64,000 nucleotides of DNA, taken from positions 64,001-128,000 of the forward strand of contig JBJBCN010000002.1 of NCBI GenBank assembly GCA_047285805.1, read 5' to 3'. The DNA is from Synechococcus sp. (lineage in GTDB: Bacteria; Cyanobacteriota; Cyanobacteriia; PCC-6307; Cyanobiaceae). This document shows, piece by piece, positions 49,304-58,760 of this stretch (within the stretch, counting starts at the first letter, position 1; each line of letters opens with the position of its first letter). Made by a program: the position numbers and the translations under genes. A model generated the notes under the pieces. That model did no database searches, was not told the DNA's origin, and saw only the letters and a list, made by a program, of their open reading frames with translations.

Positions 49304-50490
49304 GGCGATTGCTGATCAGCACCGGAGAAGTCTCCGGTGACTTGCAGGGTGGACTGTTAGTCCAATCCCTGCACGACGAAGCCCAATCCCGTGGTCTGGA
49401 GCTCGAGGTGGTTGCCCTCGGCGGAGAGCGGATGCGCCAGGCCGGGGCCACCCTTCTGGCCAACACCACGGCGATGGGGGCCATTGGCCTTTGGGAGGCT
49501 CTGCCCTTGGTATGGCCCACCCTGCTGATCCAACGTCGGGTTGATCAGTGGTTGCGTGATTTTCCCCCCGATGGCGTGGTGCTCATCGATTACATGGGGG
49601 CCAACGTCAACCTGGGCGTCAAGGTCAAGCGTCGTCTGCCAGGGACGCCGATCCTGTATTACATCGCCCCTCAGGAGTGGGCCTTTCGTGTAGGCGAAGG
49701 CGGCACCACCCGGCTGATCGGCTTCACGGATCGGATCCTGGCGATCTTTCCGGAGGAGGCGCGTTTTTATGGCTCCCGTGGGGCCGATGTCACCTGGGTG
49801 GGGCATCCCCTGATCGACACCTTGTCACACCTGCCCAGCCGCGATGAGGCCAGGGCGGCGTTGGGGCTGCAGCCGGGGCAGCGTCTGCTGCTGCTGTTCC
49901 CCGCCTCGCGTCAGCAGGAATTGCGCTACCTCCTACCGACCTTGGCCCAGGCGGCAGCGGAATTGCAGCGGTGTTGTCCCGGGCTGCAGGTGATGGTCCC
50001 CGCGAGCCAGGCCAGCTTCGAGCCGGTGCTGCGGGAACTGCTGGAGCAGGCCGGGGTCCAGGCCCGGGTGATCCCCGCGGCGGAAGCCGATGTGCTGCGT
50101 CCGGTGCTGTGTGCAGCGGCGGATTTGGCCCTCAACAAATCCGGCACGGTCAACCTCGAGTTGGCCCTTCGCGGTGTGCCCCAGGTGGTCGCCTATCGGG
50201 TCAGCCGTCCCACGGCCTGGGTGGCCAAGACCATCCTGCGCTTCCACGTCGATCACATCTCACCGGTCAACCTCGTTGTGGGCGAGCGCCTGGTGCCGGA
50301 GTTGCTGCAGGACGAGCTCACCCCGGACTTGGTGGTGGAGGCGGCCTTGCCCCTGCTGGAGGATCCGGCTGAGCGCAAGCGGGTCAGCGAAGGCTACCGC
50401 CGCATGCGTGAACTCCTGGGTGAACCTGGGGTCACCCGCCGGGCGGCGTCGGCCATCCTGGATGCCCTGCCGGAGACCACCTCCTCATGA
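49300..50490 (+). CDS. lpxB: Lipid-A-disaccharide synthase
   Basis: GEVSGD, IDY, PQEWA, VGHP, SGTVNLE. Confidence 0.95.
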   Translation: MRRLLISTGEVSGDLQGGLLVQSLHDEAQSRGLELEVVALGGERMRQAGATLLANTTAMGAIGLWEALPLVWPTLLIQRRVDQWLRDFPPDGVVLIDYMGANVNLGVKVKRRLPGTPILYYIAPQEWAFRVGEGGTTRLIGFTDRILAIFPEEARFYGSRGADVTWVGHPLIDTLSHLPSRDEARAALGLQPGQRLLLLFPASRQQELRYLLPTLAQAAAELQRCCPGLQVMVPASQASFEPVLRELLEQAGVQARVIPAAEADVLRPVLCAAADLALNKSGTVNLELALRGVPQVVAYRVSRPTAWVAKTILRFHVDHISPVNLVVGERLVPELLQDELTPDLVVEAALPLLEDPAERKRVSEGYRRMRELLGEPGVTRRAASAILDALPETTSS

Positions 50491-51122
50491 TTCGCCGCGT
50501 GTTGACTGCTTGCTTGGCCATCGGCCTGGTGCTGCTCGGTCCCGGTGCTGCGGCCTGGGCGGCGACAGAAGAGGCGGTCTTGGCCGGTGGATGTTTCTGG
50601 TGCCTTGAGCACGACCTGGAGGGTCTACCGGGGGTGATCGATGCCGAGAGCGGCTACAGCGGCGGTTATCTGGAGAATCCCAGCTACGGCCAGGTCAGCT
50701 CCGGTGGAACGGGACACCAGGAGGTGGTGCGGATCCGCTTTGATCCCCAGCGCATCAGCTATCCCACCCTGCTGCGGGCCTACTGGCGCAACGTTGACCC
50801 TTTTGATGGCGGTGGTCAGTTCTGTGATCGCGGAGGCTCCTACACGCCCGTAATCTTTACCGAGGGGGATCAACAGCTCAAGGAAGCGAAAGCCAGTCTT
50901 CAGTCCGCCGCTCAAGAACTCGGCAAGCCTCCATCGGCGATCAAGGTGCAGATCAAACCCCTGAAACGCTTCTGGCCTGCGGAGGGCTATCACCAGAACT
51001 ATGCGGTGAACAACGCGATCAAATACAACTACTACCGCTGGGCCTGCGGTCGTGATCGCCGTTTGGATCAGGTCTTGGGCACCAGGGCCCGCAGCTACGC
51101 TCCCTGGGTGGTCAAGCGATGA
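50487..51122 (+). CDS. msrA: Peptide methionine sulfoxide reductase A (exported)
   Basis: Signal peptide, [22 protein letters not shown]. Confidence 0.93.
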   Translation: MIRRVLTACLAIGLVLLGPGAAAWAATEEAVLAGGCFWCLEHDLEGLPGVIDAESGYSGGYLENPSYGQVSSGGTGHQEVVRIRFDPQRISYPTLLRAYWRNVDPFDGGGQFCDRGGSYTPVIFTEGDQQLKEAKASLQSAAQELGKPPSAIKVQIKPLKRFWPAEGYHQNYAVNNAIKYNYYRWACGRDRRLDQVLGTRARSYAPWVVKR

Positions 51123-51265
51123 CTCGCTGCCGACCTGAATCCTGAGGAAAAGCTAAAGCTCCGATGGCGGGAAATTCGCCTTTCCCCTGTGTTGATACGG
51201 CTTTTGCGACTTTTTACTCTTGGCGACCGGAATTACTGTGATTAGGTCTCGACTGCAGGTTTTGT

Positions 51266-51460
51266 ATGTATCTGCTGACGATTCGCGATGGTCTCGTGAC
51301 ACGTCATATCGGCCCTTATGCCACTCCGAAGCAGGCTTCGGACGATCTCGATCGCCTGTTGAAGCTCTTTGGTGATCGGGCCCGCTGGCAAATCCACGCT
51401 TTGGAAGAGCCCGCATCTCTGTTGGGCGATGCCAGCGCGTCCGTGGCGACGGCCGCTTAG
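51266..51460 (+). CDS. Small conserved hypothetical protein
   Basis: MYLLTIRDGLVTRHIGPY...RARWQIHALE; plausible coding pattern after an AT-rich spacer. Confidence 0.55.
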   Translation: MYLLTIRDGLVTRHIGPYATPKQASDDLDRLLKLFGDRARWQIHALEEPASLLGDASASVATAA

Positions 51461-51699
51461 GGGCGGCCCTGTTGCTGGCCAGGGTAGCCCCGCAGCAGGC
51501 CGCTTTCCACCATCAATCCCACAGCCGCCACGATGGCCACGAGGCTGAGGGTGCCGTACCAGAACCAAGGTCCGTGGGGCTGACCGAGGGCCTGGAGCGT
51601 CCGCCTTTGCACGGCCTCTCCGAAGAGGCAGAGCCCGGCCGGCAGGAGCAGGACGCTCAACTGGGCTTTGACGTACCAGCGAAGTTTGGGCACCGCCAT
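51457..51699 (-). CDS. Small two-TM hypothetical protein
   Basis: GLCLFGEA, WFWYGTLSL hydrophobic segments. Confidence 0.65.
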   Translation of the reverse strand: MAVPKLRWYVKAQLSVLLLPAGLCLFGEAVQRRTLQALGQPHGPWFWYGTLSLVAIVAAVGLMVESGLLRGYPGQQQGRP

Positions 51700-51731
51700 G
51701 CTGCAGGTTGGGTCGCTCGCAGGGCTGCAGC

Positions 51732-53234
51732 CTAGGCGGCGCCCCCTGCCAGGACCCAGTTCACCAGGGTGCGAACGCCATATCCGGTCGCGCCTGCGGG
51801 ATCCAGGCCTCGACCTTTGTCGCTCCAGACGGTGCCCGCGATGTCTATGTGGGCCCAGGAGATCTCTTTGTTGACGAAGTCCTGGAGGAAGAGGGCCGCA
51901 GTGATCGAGCCTCCCGGGCGGGGACCGGTGTTCTTCATGTCGGCCAGGCCACTCTTGAGGCCAGCGCGGTAGGAGGCCCTCAGGGGCATCCGCCAGAGGT
52001 TTTCGCCACCGTCCTCCCCAGCCTGGACCAGGGCCTCGGCCAGGGTGTCGCTCGGTGACCAGAGGCCTGCGATCTCATCGCCCAGGGCAATCACGCAGGC
52101 TCCTGTCAAGGTGGCTAGGTCCACCACGGCGTCGGGATCCAGCCTGCAGGCGTAGACCAGGGCATCCGCCAGGGTCAGGCGCCCTTCGGCATCGGTGTTG
52201 TTGATCTCGATCGTTTTGCCGTTGGAGGCGGTCACGATCGCTCCGGGGTGTATCGCCCCGCCGCTGATCATGTTTTCGCAGGCGGCCACGAGCATGTGGA
52301 CTTCGATGCCCGCAGGCTTGAGTTCAGCGATGGCCCTCATCGCGCCCAGCACGGCGCCGCTGCCGCCCATGTCGAACTTCATCATGTCGATTTGGGAGCC
52401 GGCAGTTTTGAGGTTGTACCCGCCGGAATCGAAAGTCAGGCCTTTGCCCACCAGCACCAGTCGCCGATTGACCTCCCCTTGGGGGCTGTAGGTGAGGTGG
52501 ATGAACTTCGGCGGCAGGTCCGAGCCCTGGGCCACCGCTAAATAGGAGCCCATCCCGAGGGCTTCACAGTCCGCCCGCTCGAGCACTTTCAGCTGCAGGC
52601 CAAAGTCGCGGGCGATGGTTGCGGCGCTTTCGGCCAGGGCGGCAGGGGTGACGACGTTTGGCGGGGCGGCCACGAGTTCACGGGCGAGCTCGACACCGCT
52701 GCAGATGGCCTGGCTTCTGCTCGCTGCGCTTTGGCAGGGGGGCAGCTGGTCGGAGGGAAGACCGAGCAGCTCCACCTGGGCGGGCTGCGTTGAGGGCTCA
52801 GCCTCACCCTTGAAACGCTGGTCCCGGAAAAGGATCAATCGAACTGCTTCAGCCATGGCCGAGGTGGCCGCCACCGGCGCGAAGCCCTCGAGGGGCAGGT
52901 TGAGGCCCACGCTGCTGGCACCACTGCCATTGGCGGCTTTGGCGCCAATGGCAGTGGCTTTGCGCAGGTGCTCGAGGTTGAACTCCGCGGCGGCACCTAG
53001 GCCCACCAGCACCAGCGTGCTGGGCTCTTGATTGAGAAGCTCCAGCACGAGGTTTTCACCTGGTTTGGCTTTGAAGCGGCGCCGCTCTATGCGCTCCAGC
53101 AGCGCGTCGCCGAAGCGGGCCTTCATCAGCTCGCGGCTGCTGTCTCCAGGGGCGTCGCTGAACAGACCCACCACCAGGGCCTGCCCCGTCCATTCGCGGG
53201 CGGTGGCGCTGCTGCAGCGGATCTCCATGGCCAT
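51732..53234 (-). CDS. pepA: Leucyl aminopeptidase (M17)
   Basis: VGKGLTFDSGG, MKFDMGG, NTDAEGRL, WAHIDIAG. Confidence 0.95.
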   Translation of the reverse strand: MAMEIRCSSATAREWTGQALVVGLFSDAPGDSSRELMKARFGDALLERIERRRFKAKPGENLVLELLNQEPSTLVLVGLGAAAEFNLEHLRKATAIGAKAANGSGASSVGLNLPLEGFAPVAATSAMAEAVRLILFRDQRFKGEAEPSTQPAQVELLGLPSDQLPPCQSAASRSQAICSGVELARELVAAPPNVVTPAALAESAATIARDFGLQLKVLERADCEALGMGSYLAVAQGSDLPPKFIHLTYSPQGEVNRRLVLVGKGLTFDSGGYNLKTAGSQIDMMKFDMGGSGAVLGAMRAIAELKPAGIEVHMLVAACENMISGGAIHPGAIVTASNGKTIEINNTDAEGRLTLADALVYACRLDPDAVVDLATLTGACVIALGDEIAGLWSPSDTLAEALVQAGEDGGENLWRMPLRASYRAGLKSGLADMKNTGPRPGGSITAALFLQDFVNKEISWAHIDIAGTVWSDKGRGLDPAGATGYGVRTLVNWVLAGGAA

Positions 53235-53265
53235 CTCAAGCTCAATGGGCGCGATGGTAGAGCGA

Positions 53266-53865
53266 TCAGCCTGGCTCGGCCGTGAAGGGGGTGGCCCAGC
53301 GGCCGCGGGTTTCTTTGTTGAAGGGGGGCAGCCAGTGCCGAATCAAGGCTTGCTCAAGGGCTTGCCGAGCCCTGCGTTGGCTGGGGGCGTCGTGCCAGAA
53401 GCGGATGCTGAGCTGCGCCTGTAGGCCCGCCTGCTGCAGGGCCTCGCCGTAGGCCGCCAGGTAGTACTTGCAGTCGTGCTCTCCTTTCCAGCGGCGGTCC
53501 GCCTGCTGGGTCTCCCCGACATAGAGCAAGAGAGACCCTTCGAGATGGGGCGGCCGGTCCAATACGAAGTACAGGGCGGCGCCATCGAGCTGACGCTCGG
53601 GCCAGCGCCAGAACTGCAGGTGCTGTGGGGCCAGTTGCAGCGGGTCCAGACGCTGCACTGCGGCGGCGCCGATGCTGCTGCCGCCAAAGAGGTCCATCTG
53701 GCCCGGGGGGCGCTTGCTGCCGCTGGCCACCGCCTCAAAGCGGGGTCCCTGGAAATCGAGCAGGCGTTGCTGCCAATCGATCAGCTGATGCTCCTGGAGC
53801 GGCAGTGTCTTGCCGCCGCCGCTGTTGACGGGAGTGGAGCCAAAGAGTTCGCCTTGGCGTCCCAT
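53266..53865 (-). CDS. GIY-YIG-like nuclease-family protein
   Basis: ALYFVLD...LLYVGET, RRW..EHDC, conserved Glu in ALEQALI, PPFN. Confidence 0.6.
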   Translation of the reverse strand: MGRQGELFGSTPVNSGGGKTLPLQEHQLIDWQQRLLDFQGPRFEAVASGSKRPPGQMDLFGGSSIGAAAVQRLDPLQLAPQHLQFWRWPERQLDGAALYFVLDRPPHLEGSLLLYVGETQQADRRWKGEHDCKYYLAAYGEALQQAGLQAQLSIRFWHDAPSQRRARQALEQALIRHWLPPFNKETRGRWATPFTAEPG

Positions 53866-53868
53866 CCC

Positions 53869-54543
53869 TTAGGCCGATCGGGGGAGTTCGGGCCCCGCTG
53901 ACCCCTGGCCAAAACGCACCTTGCCGATCAGGGCCTCCACGACCGCGGCGGGGAGTTGCAGCCGTTGTTGCAGGTCGGCGAGGTCCTGGAATGGGGCCCG
54001 TTGGCGTTCCCGCAGTAGCCGTTGCCGCCGCTCGGGGCTCAGCTGTGGCAGCTGCCGTTCCAAGGCTTGGGCAGGCGCGCGGTTTAGATCAATCAGGAGG
54101 GGCCGTACGGTGCTCGGGGCCCCATCGCCGTACCAGCGGAATTGCAGCAGGGGTTCCCAGATCGCGACCACGGCGGCAGGGAGATCCAGCAGGCGCTGCA
54201 GATCCTCCGGGCCACTCAGTTGCACGCCCCCTTGCTGCAGCCGAAGCAGAAGGTCGACCTGATCCCGCTGGATCTCGGGGAGACGTAACCAGTCATCGGC
54301 ACTGGCCCGGTTCACATCCAGCCGCCAGCCCAGGGCGGCGGCATGCTGCACCTCCTGGGCGTTGGCGAGGCGCAGGTTGGGGTTGTGCTCGAGCTTCAGT
54401 TCGAGCAGGTCTTGCTCGACGCACTCCTCAAGGGGGCGCGCTTCCGGTGCTGCAGGGCGGGCGGCCGTCTCACGCCGGGGCAGTTGTCCGGCCGCTTCCA
54501 GCAGGCCCCGGGCCAGAGGATCCAACCAGTGGCCTCGGCCCAT
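53869..54543 (-). CDS. Tandem helix-hairpin-helix (ComEA-like) DNA-binding protein
   Basis: Two D[V/L]N-x-A repeats (LDVNRAS, IDLNRAP) and PFQDLADL. Confidence 0.75.
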   Translation of the reverse strand: MGRGHWLDPLARGLLEAAGQLPRRETAARPAAPEARPLEECVEQDLLELKLEHNPNLRLANAQEVQHAAALGWRLDVNRASADDWLRLPEIQRDQVDLLLRLQQGGVQLSGPEDLQRLLDLPAAVVAIWEPLLQFRWYGDGAPSTVRPLLIDLNRAPAQALERQLPQLSPERRQRLLRERQRAPFQDLADLQQRLQLPAAVVEALIGKVRFGQGSAGPELPRSA

Positions 54544-55136
54544 GACGGTGTCGGGTGCTGCGGAACCGCCCGACCTTAACGAGGGTCTGGCCACTCGACC
54601 AAGCCGAGTCGAATTCCCTGCACCGCGGCCTGGATTCGGCTCTTGGCGTTCAGTTTGTGGAAGATGTGACGGTGGCTACTAGTATCTCTAAAAACCTTGC
54701 TGTCACTGGGATCTTTGGTGGCCAAACGTGTTAGGCATCTGTTGGGCAATCGGTGCTGCCTGGATTCTTGGCGACAGTCACAGATCGCGGAACAGGGACC
54801 AGCACAAGGTTCAGCTGGCTACATCTGACGGCTTTTTGCTGGTCGCTGGTCGTGGACAGGCTTCGACCTGATCTTTATCACCCCGTCACACAACAAGCTG
54901 TCGCAGCTGGTTTTGGCTGCTTTTGGACAAGAGTGGATCAGCTATTGGACACACAAAGGCTTTAGGTGATCCTTCACCTCATAGTCCTCCGATTCCAGTA
55001 GTAGCAGTCGGTTTGGCTGATAGTTCGAGTAAGTGTCGCCGATTGGTTTGGGTTGGTCTCTCGTCGGACTGCTCAACCGTTTTCCCTTTGGTTGATCTGA
55101 CCTGAGTGGCCAGATCTTGCCTGGCATTAGGCCTGC

Positions 55137-55379
55137 CTACCCCCCCCCCTTGCAGTGGTCATACGCATCGATCTCGGCGATCTCCGGGATCGCACTCTCG
55201 ACGTAACCCCGCCTTTCTCCCTCAACGCAGTCGAGCAGGCGTTGGGTTTGATTCACCGCAGGAAGAAGCCTGGCCATCAGAGCAACCAGCGCCACAAGGC
55301 CTATGCCGGCGAGAGCCAGGAACCAACGCTGAGCTGCCACCAGGAGCGCCTGCAAGGAGTCTGAGTACACGTTGGCCAT
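55137..55379 (-). CDS. Small single-TM hypothetical protein with Cys pair
   Basis: AGGAG SD before ATG, one TM helix, DCV...HCKGGG C-terminus. Confidence 0.6.
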   Translation of the reverse strand: MANVYSDSLQALLVAAQRWFLALAGIGLVALVALMARLLPAVNQTQRLLDCVEGERRGYVESAIPEIAEIDAYDHCKGGG

Positions 55380-55582
55380 GAATCTCCTCTGTCCCTCAGG
55401 CGTGTATACCCCCAGGGGGGAGCTGGGTCCATGCGCCTACGTAATACGGCTTCACAAATTTGGGCCGGGAATGCAGGCCCCTAGTTGCTGGACACCTACT
55501 TGCACTCCTGAGCCGCCCTCTGGGCTAGCCCGTTTATAAGGCACCAGCCAGGGCTAGAACAGACGTAGACAAGGAGAGGTTG

Positions 55583-55729
55583 ATGGAACCACTCACGGAC
55601 GGCATCCTCATCGCGCTGTTCCTCTGGGCGACGGTTGCCGCAATCAAGAAGGGCTCCTGGAAGAAGCCGGACCCGTCTTGCCACGTGTACATCCGACGAG
55701 GCGATGACAAACCCGTGGCGGACTGCTGA
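55583..55729 (+). CDS. 48-aa small membrane protein (not in the ORF track)
   Basis: AAGGAGAGG SD; MEPLTDGILIALFLWATVAAIKKGSWKKPDPSCHVYIRRGDDKPVADC*. Confidence 0.55.
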   Translation: MEPLTDGILIALFLWATVAAIKKGSWKKPDPSCHVYIRRGDDKPVADC

Positions 55730-55851
55730 CCTTTCTCTTTGTCGTCCTGGTCTGTTACTGATTTAGGTCGGTAATTGTGCTGCTTTCCTGTGTATCCATC
55801 GGACTTAGAACGGCAATAGACGCCCTCTGGTGAGTTGCGTCTTGGGGAGGG

Positions 55852-55878
55852 AGGCGGTGTTGGCGCACCGCCTTTTTT
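55852..55878 (+). terminator. Intrinsic terminator
   Basis: AGGCGGTG-TTGGCG-CACCGCCT followed by a T run. Confidence 0.75.
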
Positions 55879-56067
55879 ATGTGCTTCGAGGTTGAGTGCT
55901 TTTGCTGGTGTCGTCTACCTGCTGGGCGACCTATGAAGGGTTCAGACCCCAAGAGACCTGCCTTCGTTCAGACGGGTCGGGTGCCAAGGGCGGCTTCCTG
56001 GGGTGAGCTGAGTCAAGGGGTGGCCCGGGCTATCGGCAAATGCTTCGAAATAGCTCTTGCTCAGGCT

Positions 56068-56444
56068 TCAGTCGAGATAGAGCCCGCCGCAGTTTGCTTA
56101 GAGGGCCTGGTAGGTGGCCATCAGACTCCGGGGCTGGGTGACCATCATCAAAGTCGCGGGTGGCTGGGGTATGGCTTTGGCTTGCACCAACAGGCTGCCG
56201 CCGTTGCCCTGCACGAGGCGGTCCTTGCAAATCAGCACGTCGGCCTGTTTCTCGGCCAGCTTCTGGAGACCTTCCTCTTGGGTGGTCACCGCTCCGACGA
56301 TTTCAGGTCCAGGTTGCAGGGCCAAGATGAACAAGGTCAGGGCCAGCCTGGAGCCGCTGCAGACCACGATGCGGGAGTGGCCCAGCAGCGCGTTGCCTCC
56401 CGCCACGTTGTCCCGCACGGCCGCAAGAGAAGGGTGTAGTCCAT
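56068..56444 (-). pseudogene. Decayed atypical receiver-domain (NarL/LuxR-type) response regulator
   Basis: IVGAVTTQEEGL, DVLICKDRLVQGNG receiver-like segments. The likely ATG (56444) is out of frame by 1 nt, there are in-frame stops at 56098 and 56068, and no HTH follows. Confidence 0.6.
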
Positions 56445-56568
56445 CGCGAAGGGGAGCCCCCTTTCGCTGTGTGCACGGGCGACGGTCTTAGCAGCTCATT
56501 ACGCCTATCCGCACTCGTCAGGCCCGGCCGGGCTCAGCACAATCGATTGGCTCACCCGGCTCAGTGTG

Positions 56569-56892
56569 ATGGCGTTCTTTGAATCCGAGATCGTTCAAGA
56601 GGAAGCCAAGCGCCTGTTCGGCGACTACCAGCAGCTGATGGAGCTGGGCGGGGAGTACGGCAAGTTCGATCGGGAAGGCAAGAAGCTCTTCATCGAGCGC
56701 ATGGAGGCGCTGATGGACAGCTACCGCGTCTTTATGAAGCGCTTTGAGCTCTCCGATGACTTCCAGGCCAAGCTCACCGTTGAGCAGCTCCGCACGCAGC
56801 TTAGCCAGTTCGGGATGACCCCCGATCAGATGTTTGAGCAGATGCAATGCACTCTGGATCGCATGAAGGGGGAGTTGGAAGCCGAATCCTGA
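56569..56892 (+). CDS. DUF1825-family protein
   Basis: MAFFESEIVQEEAK, YGKFDREGK, FMKRFELSDDF. Confidence 0.85.
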   Translation: MAFFESEIVQEEAKRLFGDYQQLMELGGEYGKFDREGKKLFIERMEALMDSYRVFMKRFELSDDFQAKLTVEQLRTQLSQFGMTPDQMFEQMQCTLDRMKGELEAES

Positions 56893-56934
56893 GCGTCGTC
56901 TGCGTACGATCCGACCCCAGACAGCAGGGCAGAC

Positions 56935-58197
56935 ATGGCCAAGGGCGAGTGGGGACTGCCGCAGTGGTTAGAGCGCGGTGTCGCTGACCTCTTCCCCACG
57001 GGCACGGAAGCCGCTGATGCCGACCAACAGCTCGCAGCCCGTCTCGCACAGGCTGCGAAGGAGGGGCGTTCCCTGAGGATCAAGCTCGGCATCGACCCTA
57101 CCGGCAGTGACATTCACCTGGGTCACTCGATCCTCTTCCGCAAGCTGCGGGCCTTCCAGGATGCGGGCCACACCGCTGTTCTGATCATTGGCGACTTCAC
57201 CGCGCGCATCGGTGACCCCACGGGCAAAAGTGCCACCCGCGTTCAGCTGACGGCTGATCAGGTCGAGGCCAACGCCCGCACCTATCTCCAGCAGCTGGGT
57301 CAGGGCCAGGATCCCGCCCACGCCCTGCTGGATTTCGAGACCCCGGGTCGCCTGGAGGTCCGCCGCAACAGCGAATGGCTGGCCTCCCTCGATCTGCCCA
57401 AGGTGATCGAGTTATTGGGGATCTCCACCGTCGGTCAGATGCTGGCCAAGGAGGACTTCGCTAACCGCTACGGCTCCGGCACCCCGATCTCCCTGCACGA
57501 ATTCCTCTATCCGCTGCTGCAGGGCTACGACTCCGTGGCTGTTCAGGCCGACTTGGAACTGGGGGGCATGGACCAGAAGTTCAACGTGGCCATGGGCCGT
57601 GACCTGCAGCGTCATTTCGGCCAGCGCACCCAGTTCGGGATGCTCCTGCCGATCCTGGCGGGCCTCGATGGCGTCCAGAAGATGAGCAAGAGCCTCGGGA
57701 ACACCGTCGGCCTGGCGGAGGATCCGCTCTCGATGTACTCGAAGCTCGAGAAGGTGCCCGATGCGGCGGTGCAGGAGTACCTCACCCTGCTGACCAACTT
57801 GGATCTGACGGCCCTGCCGGATAACCCGCGGGAGCGTCAAAAGGCCATGGCTCTGGAGGTGACCCGCCAGAGTCACGGTGAGGCGGCGGCCCAGCAGGCC
57901 CAGGCGGATGCGGGCAAGTTGGTCGGTGGTGCCAAGGGAAGCGGTGCGGCTGATGCCGAGGTCCCGGAGGCCTCACTTGCCGAGGTGAACTTCCCGGCGA
58001 AGGCCTTCTATCTGCTCAGTGCCGTCGGCATCTGTGCCAGCAGCAGCGAGGCGCGCCGCCAAATCCAAGGCGGTGGAGTCAAGCTCGACGGCGAGAAATT
58101 GGCGGACCCCAACCAGGAATTTGCTGCTGCAGCCGAGCTTGAGGGCAAGGTGCTGCAGCTCGGTAAAAAGACCTTCCGGCGGCTGGTGGCGGGGTAG
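56935..58197 (+). CDS. tyrS: Tyrosyl-tRNA synthetase
   Basis: G.DPT...[19 protein letters not shown]-terminal S4 domain. Confidence 0.96.
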   Translation: MAKGEWGLPQWLERGVADLFPTGTEAADADQQLAARLAQAAKEGRSLRIKLGIDPTGSDIHLGHSILFRKLRAFQDAGHTAVLIIGDFTARIGDPTGKSATRVQLTADQVEANARTYLQQLGQGQDPAHALLDFETPGRLEVRRNSEWLASLDLPKVIELLGISTVGQMLAKEDFANRYGSGTPISLHEFLYPLLQGYDSVAVQADLELGGMDQKFNVAMGRDLQRHFGQRTQFGMLLPILAGLDGVQKMSKSLGNTVGLAEDPLSMYSKLEKVPDAAVQEYLTLLTNLDLTALPDNPRERQKAMALEVTRQSHGEAAAQQAQADAGKLVGGAKGSGAADAEVPEASLAEVNFPAKAFYLLSAVGICASSSEARRQIQGGGVKLDGEKLADPNQEFAAAAELEGKVLQLGKKTFRRLVAG

Positions 58198-58251
58198 ACC
58201 GCGCTCACCACAACCTCTGCAGCTCCCCCGCCCTTGGTTGGGTTTTGTGAT

Positions 58252-58665
58252 CTAGAGGCTGCGCAGCACCGCCAGATCTTCCGCATCCAATGGCGTCGGG
58301 ATGCCATGCTCGAGCTGGTCTGCGAAACCGCCATCCCGGCTGAGGACCGTGATTAGATAAACCCGTCCTGGCCCAGGATTCTCCAGGTCATGGACAGCGT
58401 CGCCGGGGACGCTCACGAAGTCCCCGCCGCTGGCGGTGATGGAGGCGTTACCCACGTGGAAGACGACCGTGCCGCGCAGCACAAAGAAGAGCTCCGCCGC
58501 CTGGTGATGACTGTGGGCCGGGACCCGATCGCAGGGGTCATGCACCTCCAGGAATTGGGTGCAGCCACCGGCTTCCGGCTTGCTGAGCAGTGCGAGGCGG
58601 CAGTGGTCATCGTTGCCCAGTCGGTAGCCCTGGAGCTGCTCGGGATGCAGGACCCTTGGACCCAT
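58252..58665 (-). CDS. Cupin-domain protein
   Basis: PAHSHHQAAELFFVLRG and VPGDAVH cupin motifs. Confidence 0.85.
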   Translation of the reverse strand: MGPRVLHPEQLQGYRLGNDDHCRLALLSKPEAGGCTQFLEVHDPCDRVPAHSHHQAAELFFVLRGTVVFHVGNASITASGGDFVSVPGDAVHDLENPGPGRVYLITVLSRDGGFADQLEHGIPTPLDAEDLAVLRSL

Positions 58666-58760
58666 TGGCGTGGCTAGGCGTTGCCCCCATGCTGGGTCTC
58701 CTCCTGGGAACGCGCCAGGACAGTTCGTAGCCTGAGATCTCCATTGAGGGCGAATCTCCC

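Noticed and set aside
54753..55127. Short ORFs 54753..54965, 54923..55105 and 54942..55127
   Set aside because: No SD or motif, mutually overlapping; not supportable as genes.
57556..57580. TyrS motif reads GGMDQ rather than the more usual GG[T/S]DQ
   Set aside because: This position is variable among TyrRS enzymes; a single substitution or base-call error cannot be interpreted.
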